From: a virus
Length of the DNA: 64,000 nt
Direction: 5' to 3' (one strand)
Virus record (IMG/VR): IMGVR_UViG_3300023171_000013
Span: 2,704 to 66,703 of that record
In this document: in pieces, positions 8,057 through 17,649 of the stretch
Position numbering within the stretch: the first letter of the stretch is position 1
Layout of the letters: the number at the start of each line of letters is the position of its first letter
Program-made: the position numbers and the translations under genes
The notes under the pieces: generated by a model
What the model saw: only the letters and a program-made list of their open reading frames with translations
What the model was told of the DNA's origin: nothing
The model's database searches: none

Positions 8057-9142
8057 ATGAACGAAGAACTCAACAAAGCCATTGCAGACATTGCCTTAAA
8101 CGCAGTCCGAGCCGGATTGACCGACGGAAAAATCAAGATCAACTTCCCCGCTTCCGCTATTCGTGACCTCGTAAAGAACGAAGCCCCCGCCATCGCCAAG
8201 AGCGAAGCCGAGAAGGCCGTTGCCTCCGTCAACAAGGCACTTGAAGCCGTCAAAATTGACCTTCAAGCCCTTCACCTCACCCACGCCGAACGGATTGCCA
8301 ACCTTGAGAAAGCCGCCCCTCAGTCCGCTTGCCAAGAAGTTAAGATTATCACCCAGCAGAAGACCAAGAAACTTGAAGGGCTTTTCCACGCCCAGTTTTC
8401 CGAAGTGGTTAAACGTTTGCAGGTAAATGCCCAGATCAAGCGCGGGGTTTGGCTCCATGGCGCAGCCGGAGGCGGCAAGACCACCCTTGCGATTCAAGCC
8501 GCCGAAGCTCTGGACGTTAAGTTTGTGCCCATCTTTGGTTCCCCCACCCTCACCGATACGAAGCTCCTTGGCTACACGAACGCAGGCAATGGTGAGTTCG
8601 TTAAAGGTTCTATCTATGACGCCTATGCCTGCCCCGAAGCCCACGAACGCGGCGCATTGCTCTTTATTGACGAGGCAGACGCAGGGGAATTCATGCTGGT
8701 TTTGAACGCCCTACTTGCCAACGACTACTACCGATTTAGCAATGGCGAGGTTTTACATCGGCCCAAGCGTTTCTACATCCTCGCAGCCGCCAACACCCTC
8801 GGCACTGGCTCCCAGAATGGCTACCGCCGCGCGACTTTGGACTTTGCCAGCCGCGACCGCTTCACCCCTTACCAGTTGAACTACGACGAAGCCCTTGAAA
8901 CCAAGGTTGCAGGCAATCCAGAGGTAAGTAAATGGGTTTTCAAAGCCCGCAAATGGATTTCCGAGCACATCCAAGGCGGCAGCCTCACCCCACGCACCCA
9001 CTTTGCCGTAGCAGCCTACCACGCCGCAGGCATTGCAGGCGCCGACGCAGAAGCGATTGCCCCCACGCTATCGCCTGACAACTGGAAAGCCCTAAAATCG
9101 GCCTGCCCAGCCTTCCCCGCACTAGCCGCCGCAAGAGCTTAA
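8057..9142 (+). CDS. MoxR/CobS-like AAA+ ATPase
   Basis: Walker A GAAGGGKTT, Walker B LLFIDEAD, AAANTLGTG sensor I, LDFASRDRF arginine finger. Confidence 0.9.
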   Translation: MNEELNKAIADIALNAVRAGLTDGKIKINFPASAIRDLVKNEAPAIAKSEAEKAVASVNKALEAVKIDLQALHLTHAERIANLEKAAPQSACQEVKIITQQKTKKLEGLFHAQFSEVVKRLQVNAQIKRGVWLHGAAGGGKTTLAIQAAEALDVKFVPIFGSPTLTDTKLLGYTNAGNGEFVKGSIYDAYACPEAHERGALLFIDEADAGEFMLVLNALLANDYYRFSNGEVLHRPKRFYILAAANTLGTGSQNGYRRATLDFASRDRFTPYQLNYDEALETKVAGNPEVSKWVFKARKWISEHIQGGSLTPRTHFAVAAYHAAGIAGADAEAIAPTLSPDNWKALKSACPAFPALAAARA

Positions 9143-9146
9143 TCCC

Positions 9147-10172
9147 ATGTCCGCTAAACTACCAGATGGGTGCATTGAGCCGCTAGACTTCCTGCACGAC
9201 GTTGCCGCCCCGTGGCGCACCCACGAAAAGCGCATGGCACTTGCTAAAGCTCAAGGCTCAGGCAACCCAACGCAGGCTTGCGCCAATTGGGAAATATACG
9301 CCGACAATAACCCTCCCCACCCTTGCAACCTCATCCTATTGCCTGACCTTGCCACCGCTTGCTCTGTTTTCATGCAAGGCAATGGCAAAGCATATGGAGG
9401 AGGATTTACCTATAACGCCGAGGAGGTTATTGCCCACGTCACCGGCCAGAAATGCCACATCAATCCCGACTTACTCACCCGCATCACCGCATTATCTGAC
9501 CGTTTAGCCGATGCTGTCCGAGAGATGCAGCCCACCCTTGCAGCAACCCCTAAGCACTACCGCGCAGAGATGGGAGATATTTGGGACGCGGGATTGATTG
9601 CAGAAGGAGACGAACGCCCTTGCTTTGCGCCTCGCTTCGACGGACCAGAGCCAAGCAAGGGACAAGGAAACGGAGCCTACCGAATCCTTATCAACACCGA
9701 TACTAGCTTTGGGCGCTCCGACTCTGAAAATCTCGCAACCACGCTTTGCCTTTGCAATGTCCTCTCTCACTTTGGCCCAGTTGAGATTTGGACGCAGCAA
9801 GGCTGGCTATCGTCAAATAACACAAACCCCACCTCTCGCTCATCTGGTATTGTTTGTTTTCGAGTCGGCGAACTGGGATCAATCAACCCGTCAGCCCTCG
9901 CGTTTTGGCTTGGCTCCCCATTCCGCGACAGTGTTTTTTCCTATGTCATCAGCCGCCAGCTAGGACGCTCAACATCAGGTTGCAGCCAGTCCCCCGCAGT
10001 CCCTTGCGACTGGTTTAGCTCTAACGCCACCGGAGCCAAGCAGCCCAGCGGAGAAGAGGCTTTGAAAGACCCCAACAGCCCCGCAGGAAAGGCAGAACTC
10101 AAAAACCTCGCAGCCTACCTTGTCACCGTCTGCGAGGGGATCATCTACCCCGCCGCCACCGAAAACGTTTAA
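9147..10172 (+). CDS. Putative vWA-like partner of the AAA ATPase
   Basis: Adjacent to the MoxR-type ATPase; strand RILINTDTSFGRS (degenerate MIDAS), then a helix and a GPVEIW strand. Confidence 0.55.
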   Translation: MSAKLPDGCIEPLDFLHDVAAPWRTHEKRMALAKAQGSGNPTQACANWEIYADNNPPHPCNLILLPDLATACSVFMQGNGKAYGGGFTYNAEEVIAHVTGQKCHINPDLLTRITALSDRLADAVREMQPTLAATPKHYRAEMGDIWDAGLIAEGDERPCFAPRFDGPEPSKGQGNGAYRILINTDTSFGRSDSENLATTLCLCNVLSHFGPVEIWTQQGWLSSNNTNPTSRSSGIVCFRVGELGSINPSALAFWLGSPFRDSVFSYVISRQLGRSTSGCSQSPAVPCDWFSSNATGAKQPSGEEALKDPNSPAGKAELKNLAAYLVTVCEGIIYPAATENV

Positions 10173-10190
10173 CCGAATCCATATATCATC

Positions 10191-10763
10191 ATGAACAACA
10201 ATGACACAATAGAATGCAGCGTGACCTTAACCGAGGAAGACGCTCCGCCAGCTATTCAGCAGGTAATCACTAAACCTTACGCTCCGCTCCCCGCCCCCAC
10301 AGGCGGCGACCGTGAACAATGGCTCTCTCAAGCCGCCCAACTCATCCACGGCAAACCCCTCGCCATGCCGATTTCCTACGGGTTCGGAAGAGGCGGCACC
10401 CGCAGCGCAAAAGGCTACTCCATCCACCAAGACGACAGCGGCAGCCCACAACTCTTCATTCACCCGACCACCCGTAACGCCGCAGAGCTTTGCGCACGCA
10501 TCATGCAAGCAAGCGACGCAGAGCGGACATCATGCCTAATTTACCCCGAAACAATGGCCGCAGTATACGCCGCTCAACTGCCCCCATTCCCCACCGAAGG
10601 ATTGCCCCCCACGAGCAACGAGAACAAGGACGGAATTCGGCAGATCAAATGCCTTTGCCCTTCGTGCGGTTTCACCATGCGGACTAGTGCCAAATGGATT
10701 GCCAAGGGACTACCAACGTGCGCTTGCGGCACCCAAATCATTTCAACCCTCACCACTGTTTAA
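10191..10763 (+). CDS. SprT-like phage protein with C-terminal zinc ribbon (HExxH absent)
   Basis: REQWL, ISYGF, LFIHP and KCLCPSCGFTMRTSAKWI...PTCACG motifs. Confidence 0.6.
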   Translation: MNNNDTIECSVTLTEEDAPPAIQQVITKPYAPLPAPTGGDREQWLSQAAQLIHGKPLAMPISYGFGRGGTRSAKGYSIHQDDSGSPQLFIHPTTRNAAELCARIMQASDAERTSCLIYPETMAAVYAAQLPPFPTEGLPPTSNENKDGIRQIKCLCPSCGFTMRTSAKWIAKGLPTCACGTQIISTLTTV

Positions 10764-10921
10764 CCGATGCACCTTGCCAACCTTCCCCCCCGCTATCGCC
10801 CCATCGTAAACCAAACTCCAACCAACAAAGCCCCTTCCATTCCGTTCGTTCTACTTATCGCCTCCCCAGTCTCATTTTTCGCCGCTTGGCTCATCCTTAA
10901 CCTTTTCAACTAATACCACAC

Positions 10922-11428
10922 ATGAAAACTAAACCTCTCGCAGTATGCGCAGACAACGCAATCGGTCTTTCCGCTCCTTCAAATGAAGTCATTGACCTGA
11001 TTAACGCCCTAAACAACTCCGCAGCCGTACACACCTTCGGAGAAAAGGACGATACCAAGATGAACCCGCCGCCGGACTCCATCCCTTGCACGCTTGCCGG
11101 AGAACTGGACAGCGACGAGGAAGCCAGCCAAGGAGCCGCCACCGAAGAAGAAGCGGACACCGACCTTGACGACGAAGCCAACGAGGAGCAAGCCGAAGAT
11201 TCCGACTCCGACGAACAGGACCAGCAAGACAACGAGCCGAGCACGAGCGAAGCCGAGAAGGAACAAGAGAAGAAGGAGCAGGAAGCCAAGGACGCCGCCC
11301 GCTGGCACGACTACGCATGCGCCTTTGCCTCTAATGGCACATTTAAGCCCGAACATGTGGCCGCCGCCGCAGGCGCAAACGCATCGGCTTTGCTTGACGC
11401 TTTCAAGGCCCGTTTTCCCAACGCCTAA
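10922..11428 (+). CDS. Highly acidic low-complexity protein
   Basis: D/E-rich central tract. Confidence 0.7.
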   Translation: MKTKPLAVCADNAIGLSAPSNEVIDLINALNNSAAVHTFGEKDDTKMNPPPDSIPCTLAGELDSDEEASQGAATEEEADTDLDDEANEEQAEDSDSDEQDQQDNEPSTSEAEKEQEKKEQEAKDAARWHDYACAFASNGTFKPEHVAAAAGANASALLDAFKARFPNA

Positions 11429-11623
11429 CCAACCCCACAAAAACAAATACCATGAACACAAGAGCCAACAAACACGCCCGAGCAGCCATCACCGCCCATT
11501 TCATCGGGCCGACCAACACCAAGCCCGCCCGCATTTATATGTCCCGCAAGCCCTGCAAAGATTGGGCAGCCAGCTAACCCAAAACCCCCCATTGGCCGGA
11601 GTCACTAAGGCCTGTTTAACCCA

Positions 11624-11839
11624 ATGAACCACTCACCCGCTACATTCTACGCAGTCCGCGCCGGACAAGCCAACGACCACCGACTAGCCCGAGCGAACGC
11701 CGCCACCTTAGAAGCCGCCAAGGACGCCGCCAGCCATTTCCCCTACGCCGAGGTTTACAAGGTGGAGGAAGCCGATCCCCGCCACATGCTCAGTAATCGC
11801 AAAACCATCCTTGTTTATTCTCACGACCGCACCCAATGA
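11624..11839 (+). CDS. Hypothetical protein
   Basis: ATG ORF in the early gene run. Confidence 0.55.
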   Translation: MNHSPATFYAVRAGQANDHRLARANAATLEAAKDAASHFPYAEVYKVEEADPRHMLSNRKTILVYSHDRTQ

Positions 11840-11864
11840 AACTCGAAACCATCTTTGAACTCAC

Positions 11865-12278
11865 ATGCCTAACCACTCTTTCGGTCTGCGCGTGGGGTTT
11901 AGTAATCGCTCAACTCACCCAATGAAAAACGACCTACACGAAATAAAGAAGCAACCCAGCCAGCCAGAGCCAACCGCTCAGGCTATGCTCGCAGCTATCG
12001 CCATCAACACAAAGACTGATGCGATTCTAAGAGAAATGGGAGTCCCCACCGGAGAAATGGACGCCGAGTGCCACCGTTTAACCGCTCAGATGATCGACGA
12101 ACGCGCAAACATTCCCATGCTCCTTGGCGCACTCGAAAGAAGCAAAGCTGTCCAACAAACCCAACTTGCTTTTTGGGAGAAGTGCCACGCATCCACAAAG
12201 ACAGACTTCGCAAAGAACATGGCAGAGCTTTGCCGCCTATCCATTGCCATCATCGACACATCCACGTCCCTAGAATGA
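11865..12278 (+). CDS. Hypothetical protein
   Basis: ORF in the early run; the start may be downstream (MKNDL). Confidence 0.55.
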   Translation: MPNHSFGLRVGFSNRSTHPMKNDLHEIKKQPSQPEPTAQAMLAAIAINTKTDAILREMGVPTGEMDAECHRLTAQMIDERANIPMLLGALERSKAVQQTQLAFWEKCHASTKTDFAKNMAELCRLSIAIIDTSTSLE

Positions 12279-12460
12279 AACGCGCCCCTCGCCCAGCTAC
12301 CTCCTCATCCATAGTAAACCAAATCCTTTCAATGGCAGCCAGCGGCACCCCGCAGAAGGCCATAGCCCTTGATCTCGGCATCGCACAACCAACCGTAAGC
12401 AAGCTCATGCGTCGTCATGGTCTTGCCCGCTACCAAAAGAAACCAAAACAAACCACATGA
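12275..12460 (+). CDS. Small helix-turn-helix protein
   Basis: SGTPQKAIALDLGIAQPTVSKLMRRHG; ATGA overlaps on both sides. Confidence 0.75.
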   Translation: MKRAPRPATSSSIVNQILSMAASGTPQKAIALDLGIAQPTVSKLMRRHGLARYQKKPKQTT

Positions 12461-12753
12461 ACGCAATAGAACACCAGACCTACGAATCCCCTGCCTCCTC
12501 CACTATTCGCACCCTCGAATACCTGTTCACCAAATACCAGAACCAACTCGACACACCCGCAGAACACACCATCACCCTAAAAACTACCGACCTTCGCCGC
12601 ATGGCAGACGAAGACAAAGCCAACGCCCTACGCCTCTATAACCAAGGCAACGGGCTTTCGCCTCAAGCCATAGCGGACGAGTTAGGCTTTAGTTGTGCCG
12701 CGATCACGGGATTCCTTCACCGCGTAGGAGCACGCAAGCGTTTAACCAAATGA
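12457..12753 (+). CDS. Helix-turn-helix protein
   Basis: GLSPQAIADELGFSCAAITGFLHR. Confidence 0.75.
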   Translation: MNAIEHQTYESPASSTIRTLEYLFTKYQNQLDTPAEHTITLKTTDLRRMADEDKANALRLYNQGNGLSPQAIADELGFSCAAITGFLHRVGARKRLTK

Positions 12754-13046
12754 GCTGCGAACAAGTAAGGAAAAGCAAATGCGCCACCTGTCCCTTCCGT
12801 GAAGGCTCACCTTACGAACACCTGCGCGACTACCTAACCGAAGCCTCGCTTAAACAAGGACGCATCTGCCACTCCACCGGAGTCTCGGCTATCAAACAAA
12901 CAAAGCTCCCCGAAAAGATTTGCAGGGGTAGCCGTGATTTACAGTTAGCCTACATGCACGCAGCAGGCGTGATCGAACAACCCACAGACGCCGCATGGTC
13001 TAAGAAGTGGGAAGAAGTTAAGAAACAAAACAAAGCCAACCAATGA
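12750..13046 (+). CDS. Cys-rich hypothetical protein
   Basis: CATCPFR...ICHS...ICRG; ATG overlaps the upstream stop. Confidence 0.65.
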   Translation: MSCEQVRKSKCATCPFREGSPYEHLRDYLTEASLKQGRICHSTGVSAIKQTKLPEKICRGSRDLQLAYMHAAGVIEQPTDAAWSKKWEEVKKQNKANQ

Positions 13047-13270
13047 ATAATCCAGAAGAACAAGCACAGACTCAGCTAAACAGTAACGAAAACGCGCCAG
13101 CGTTTAACCAACAAAAATACAATAAGATGTGCGCAGACCGCATTGATTTCTGTGTTTACGTCCAAAACGTGGTCAACCCATCGCGCATATCCACCGGACA
13201 GGAGCCTATGAAACATCAAGATGCTTGGGCCTGCTATAACCTTATCACCAGCGGAATCTTTCGCAACTAA
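13043..13270 (+). CDS. Hypothetical protein
   Basis: Coupled ATG ORF. Confidence 0.55.
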   Translation: MNNPEEQAQTQLNSNENAPAFNQQKYNKMCADRIDFCVYVQNVVNPSRISTGQEPMKHQDAWACYNLITSGIFRN

Positions 13271-13279
13271 ACCAACCCA

Positions 13280-13729
13280 ATGAAACTCGACAAACAAAAC
13301 CTATGGCGGGGAACCCACAAGGGCATCTCCTTTAAGATCGTTCAATGGAACATCGACCACAACTTCCCTGAAATCTACAGCCCTACCGGAACGTGGAACT
13401 ACTACGTTTTTATTCACGAAACCACTGTTGCAAAACCAATCTTTGAAAAGCTATGGCTGCCCGCAAAGTTAGAGAAGATCATCCCTAAGTCTCGCGGCTG
13501 GGTTACTCACGACTACTACGTTCCTTTCGGCTCCATCGACATGCACGGAGGCATCACCTTCTACGCAAAGCACGGCGAGATTGAAGGCTTCCGCGCAGTA
13601 GAAATCGGCTGCGATTACAACCACCTCTACGACAATCAAACCGCGTGGACCGTGGAAATGGTTCACGCTGACTGCATCAGAACTATCAACCACCTTATCG
13701 AAACCTTTAACATCGAAGTAAAAGAATGA
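13280..13729 (+). CDS. Phage hypothetical protein
   Basis: HGGITF...IGCDYNHLYD motif typical of a common phage family. Confidence 0.75.
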   Translation: MKLDKQNLWRGTHKGISFKIVQWNIDHNFPEIYSPTGTWNYYVFIHETTVAKPIFEKLWLPAKLEKIIPKSRGWVTHDYYVPFGSIDMHGGITFYAKHGEIEGFRAVEIGCDYNHLYDNQTAWTVEMVHADCIRTINHLIETFNIEVKE

Positions 13730-14046
13730 ATACCGAAACCAACCAAAAGAAATTCACCGTCCCTGTTACTCAATTCATACGTCCTCATCGCGGCATACGT
13801 GAGGAGACTACCGAAATCAGCGAGGCACTACGCCCCAAGTTTGAACTCATGCAGAAACTCAATTGCCGACTAACCGCAGAGGTTCTGCCTACTGGACACG
13901 TATCGCTTTGTATCGAGCAGCCTTCTCTTGGCGATGTGGATTGCCGAATTGCAACCAACGGCCCGCAAGTTCAGGAGAAAATAGAGGCTATGCTAGGCGA
14001 CTTCACAGAAGAATCGTTTAACCAATTCAAGGAGGTAATGAGCTAA
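13726..14046 (+). CDS. Hypothetical protein
   Basis: Coupled 106-aa ORF. Confidence 0.65.
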   Translation: MNTETNQKKFTVPVTQFIRPHRGIREETTEISEALRPKFELMQKLNCRLTAEVLPTGHVSLCIEQPSLGDVDCRIATNGPQVQEKIEAMLGDFTEESFNQFKEVMS

Positions 14047-14378
14047 TGAGCACCAAAAACAAAACCATCCAGCAAATCTGCGACGAAGACACAGGCGATT
14101 CCTCGCTCATCACCAACCTAGTCCGACGCGGGAAGGAACTAGAGGCAGAGAAAAACAAGATGCTGACTGACTGGTTAACCGAGCGAGCTATCTTTACTAA
14201 ACAAATTGAAAACCTACTCCAAGACAAGGCGCGGCTCGATTGGCTGGAACTCACCGAAGGGATAGAGAACGGAGAGAAATACGAAATTGAATGCTCCATC
14301 ACCTACAAAGGAAATACCGGAAGCCAACCGATGTTTCCAGCCACACGCGCAGGTATCGACGACGCTCGCCGTGCCTAA
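14046..14378 (+). CDS. Hypothetical protein
   Basis: DKARLDWLE...TRAGIDDA phage motif, related to the C-terminus of 3960-5024. Confidence 0.65.
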   Translation: MSTKNKTIQQICDEDTGDSSLITNLVRRGKELEAEKNKMLTDWLTERAIFTKQIENLLQDKARLDWLELTEGIENGEKYEIECSITYKGNTGSQPMFPATRAGIDDARRA

Positions 14379-14402
14379 GCCTAAGCACACCCCATCAATC
14401 CT

Positions 14403-14438
14403 ATACCCCCTCGCTGGCATGGAGGGGGTATTTCTTTC
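14403..14438 (+). terminator. Probable intrinsic terminator
   Basis: ATACCCCCTC/GAGGGGGTAT stem followed by TTCTTT. Confidence 0.6.
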
Positions 14439-14784
14439 TCCGCAGGACAACGCCCACCTGCTACGCAAAACCAATGCAATCAAGTCAGTCCGACCCCACA
14501 AAAAAACCCGCCTCCTTTTACGGACAGCGGGAGTGTTTAACCACGAAGAAGGGAGATAAACCAAACATGAACTCATTAAGTATAATAAACTCAATTGATT
14601 CCCCCCGATGCGGAACCTATATCGAGTGCCAATTTGGCAGAACTCGACGCTGTTCTAAAACAGACGATCAATGCGCGTCATGCGCTTTGATTCAGTCCGA
14701 AATGATCATTACTGCACTTAGCGAGGAACTAGATCGCAGAGAATCAAGACAATCTATAGTCGAAGTCGAAATAGATCACGGAGC

Positions 14785-15234
14785 TTAGCTCTCACTAAAA
14801 GGAACCAACCTCTTGCTGTAAACTACCCTCAAATAACCATAGTCCACACCAGTCAGTTCCCCTGCTTTCTTTAGGCACTTGGTAAACGTTCCAAAACCAG
14901 CGCGGTATAGCTTATATGCTCTCTCAATAGCGTATGTAAGCTGCCGCGCTTCATACTTTTTACCCACAAACTCACGTTGCACCGTCATTGCATCCTTACC
15001 CCTACGCTTGATAGCAAGCGCGTGCTTCTTAATCGAGTCCACCTTTACACCCGTCACCTCTTGCGCTGCCTTCATCCCATGAGTCGCCGCATACCGCACC
15101 GCCTCATCCAACTGCATGATGGAATACTTTCGCATACGTAACCCACGCTTTGCATTGGGGTTTAACCGAAGATACTCCTGTGCTGAGGCAGAGCCAAGGT
15201 CTGTAGTTCTCTGGATAGAGGGCAGAGGAGTCAT
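14785..15234 (-). CDS. Hypothetical basic protein, possibly HTH-containing
   Basis: HGMKAAQEVTGVKVDSIKK and KAGELTGVDYGYLR repeats. Confidence 0.6.
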   Translation of the reverse strand: MTPLPSIQRTTDLGSASAQEYLRLNPNAKRGLRMRKYSIMQLDEAVRYAATHGMKAAQEVTGVKVDSIKKHALAIKRRGKDAMTVQREFVGKKYEARQLTYAIERAYKLYRAGFGTFTKCLKKAGELTGVDYGYLRVVYSKRLVPFSES

Positions 15235-15443
15235 TTAATAACCTCCATCACCTTAATATCAGAACCAATGTCCACTGTCTGTGCCTGCTTGAACTCTATA
15301 AGATCATCCTTGGCTTCATTAAAAGTAGAGCGAGCCTTTGGTTTGATATTAAAGAAAGCCAACCCATCAGGAGAATGCTGGGCATAGAAATACACCCATT
15401 CACCACCAATTTGTTTAACCACCACTCTATAACGAGGTTTCAT
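15231..15443 (-). CDS. Hypothetical protein
   Basis: Coupled ORF. Confidence 0.55.
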   Translation of the reverse strand: MKPRYRVVVKQIGGEWVYFYAQHSPDGLAFFNIKPKARSTFNEAKDDLIEFKQAQTVDIGSDIKVMEVIK

Positions 15444-15682
15444 TTAGAATATAAAGCAGAACGTAGAATTTCAAACGAGGCTTCTGCGCGTTCACCCCAT
15501 TCACTTTCTCGTCCATTCGCATTATCAATTGCCTCATTAATCGCTGTGAGCAGCTTTGTATTCTGCCGTTCAAGGCGTCCGGCAAACTCAGCATCAACCA
15601 ATTGAAGCGTGCTCTTTTCTGGCAACTTTCTCCAATCGCTAAGCGGAGATTTTAGTTCGTCTGTTTTAGGTGTATCACTCAT
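15440..15682 (-). CDS. Hypothetical protein
   Basis: MSDTPKTD...AEFAGRLERQ motif common in small phage ORFs. Confidence 0.65.
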   Translation of the reverse strand: MSDTPKTDELKSPLSDWRKLPEKSTLQLVDAEFAGRLERQNTKLLTAINEAIDNANGRESEWGERAEASFEILRSALYSK

Positions 15683-15686
15683 AGGT

Positions 15687-16085
15687 TTATTTATTTTTGG
15701 TTCGCTTGCTTGGCTTCCACGGAGTCAGGCCCGAAGACTGAGATTTCGATTCGTTCTTCTGCATCCGTTTTGACTTTGATTTGCTCTGCGATGTCCAGCC
15801 TGATGTCTTGTTGTCGATCATCAGGGATACAACCGATATAGCGGAGGCAATCCAACTCCCACTTACAGAATTGGTTGTCGAAATCGGTTGGGATTTTTCT
15901 ATACACCTCAATGCGGATAAGAAATCTGCCTGCGCCTGCTTTTTTGCTTTCAACCGCTGCCAATGTCCCATCGACAAGACTGCATTCAGGGATAAGCACC
16001 TGCGCTTGATTACTATTTTGAACGGATATGCTTCCGCCGGAAACGGAATAGCCTTTCCTTCCTGTGATTTCGGCAAGCTGCTCAC
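15687..16085 (-). CDS. Overlapping ORF carrying the RusA-like N-terminal motif
   Basis: FKIVIKRRCLSLNAVLSMGHWQRLKAKK resembles the RusA SxN...HW..R..KK motif; GTG start 3 nt after the upstream stop. Confidence 0.55.
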   Translation of the reverse strand: MSSLPKSQEGKAIPFPAEAYPFKIVIKRRCLSLNAVLSMGHWQRLKAKKQAQADFLSALRCIEKSQPISTTNSVSGSWIASAISVVSLMIDNKTSGWTSQSKSKSKRMQKNESKSQSSGLTPWKPSKRTKNK

Positions 16086-16107
16086 TGGTTAAACGAGGGC
16101 TGGGCAT
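15691..16107 (-). CDS. RusA-like Holliday junction resolvase, catalytic C-terminal half
   Basis: RFLIRIEVYRKIPTDFDN...K..LDCL...GCIPDD...EERIEISV matches the RusA DxDN / K-D / DD pattern. Confidence 0.75.
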   Translation of the reverse strand: MPSPRLTSEQLAEITGRKGYSVSGGSISVQNSNQAQVLIPECSLVDGTLAAVESKKAGAGRFLIRIEVYRKIPTDFDNQFCKWELDCLRYIGCIPDDRQQDIRLDIAEQIKVKTDAEERIEISVFGPDSVEAKQANQK

Positions 16108-16340
16108 GTGACTCCTTCGATCACCGGCTCACTCACCGGAGCTTGCAACGCGGGACCACCCGATTCCTTCCAGTCTAGAAACATACGCACAGTCTTACCA
16201 ATCTGCTCAGGGGTAAGCTCGAAGTGCCAACACAACGCCTCCGCAATCATCTGTGAAGTCAATGCATCGGCCTGTATCTTGGCTACGTCACTGTTCACTT
16301 GGCGCATAAACTTCTTCCGGCTCTGTCGTTTTGGTTTCAT
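16089..16340 (-). CDS. Hypothetical protein
   Basis: 83-aa ATG ORF. Confidence 0.6.
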   Translation of the reverse strand: MKPKRQSRKKFMRQVNSDVAKIQADALTSQMIAEALCWHFELTPEQIGKTVRMFLDWKESGGPALQAPVSEPVIEGVTCPALV

Positions 16341-16706
16341 TAGTTAAATTCCTTTATCGTTCATAGATTAGTTCTCCTTGTTTCTCTATTTTTAATAGCA
16401 TCAAGTCAACCATAACTCGGCGTGGGCGTGTCTTTGGTCGGGTTCATTTCGGGCGTCCTTTCTTGCAGATTATTCCGTCTCTTCCCAAAACTGCACCGCA
16501 ATGCCTGCATACATATCTGCGTCCTTTGTTGTCCCAAAATTCCTCGTATGAATGGCCATCGCCTAAGTCGATATAGGTGCTCATGCGGCTCCTTTCTGCG
16601 CTCGCTTGGCCAAAATTAAAGCAATACATGCGGTTAGGGCGCGGTTTCTAGTAGTCATGAATGCATACAAATCCAGCAGGCTTATGAACCGTCAACTAAG
16701 TAAGCA

Positions 16707-17063
16707 TCAGTAGTTATCCAACAACCCATTCTCCCTAGACCAAGATTTATTTTGCTCAATGCGTTCATGCATCTCCCTACACACCGCCAGCCACTTACTC
16801 GTATCGTTTAACCGCGAGCCGTAGCGTTTGGAAACATGGTGAATATCGGTAGCCAGCGGAACCTCACGCTCCCACCTAAAAGGATGCGCTGTGTATCTGC
16901 CCCCCTTGGCAATCACCTCGGCTTCATCTATTCCGTTTATCTTCATAAACGCCTGACAATATGGATGGGCTAATAGGTAGTCTTTTCGTAGCTTGGAATA
17001 CTCCCTGAGTTCTTTGCTTCGCTTACCACTCACACGTTTAATAGCACACCGTTTCATGCGCAC
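16707..17063 (-). CDS. HNH-type nuclease (NinG-like)
   Basis: YLLAHPYCQ...ATDIHH...WLAVCREMHERIE. Confidence 0.75.
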   Translation of the reverse strand: MRMKRCAIKRVSGKRSKELREYSKLRKDYLLAHPYCQAFMKINGIDEAEVIAKGGRYTAHPFRWEREVPLATDIHHVSKRYGSRLNDTSKWLAVCREMHERIEQNKSWSRENGLLDNY

Positions 17064-17242
17064 TCCCTCGCTCTCACATCCAGCCTAGCTGGCTCAACGT
17101 AGCGACCATATTTAGCCTCTACCCTAAGTGCTCCTTCTGCTGCGAGCTTCGCTAGCTCCTGCCAGTTTACACGTTCATGCCTTTCCCTTACACCACTCTT
17201 GATGCTATATGCCTTAGATTCACTGCCGTTGCGTCTCTTCAT
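17054..17242 (-). CDS. Hypothetical protein
   Basis: Coupled ORF. Confidence 0.5.
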   Translation of the reverse strand: MKRRNGSESKAYSIKSGVRERHERVNWQELAKLAAEGALRVEAKYGRYVEPARLDVRARECA

Positions 17243-17526
17243 TGTTCTTCCTTTTTATTTTTATCGAATTGGTCAAAGCGTTTAACCGCCCACACTGCGA
17301 ACTTTCTACGAGCGTCGATTATGTGTGAGCAAGCACGAGTTGGTATATGGCCGCGTTTCAACACGGGTGTATAACTAGTTTCCGCCCAACGGCAGACACA
17401 AAACCCCCAGCCCTCAAGCCCCGCCAAATCCACCAAGTAACTAGCCCCACCTTCTGACTTACTTGGGATAAGCCAGCGAGTAGGGTAGTCGTATGGCTCC
17501 TCAACTTTTAGTGGAGGTATTGGCAT
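17239..17526 (-). CDS. SWIM zinc-finger protein
   Basis: YLVDL...CVC...CSHI (CxCx(n)CxH). Confidence 0.7.
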   Translation of the reverse strand: MPIPPLKVEEPYDYPTRWLIPSKSEGGASYLVDLAGLEGWGFCVCRWAETSYTPVLKRGHIPTRACSHIIDARRKFAVWAVKRFDQFDKNKKEEQ

Positions 17527-17649
17527 AAACGAAAACTAGATTTGGCATCGTATAGACCTTACTTCCAATTGGTCCACCATACCGAGATAGATCACGGCAC
17601 ACAAATCCCAAAAGCTTTGGATCGAGCTTAATGGTTATATTCATATTGG

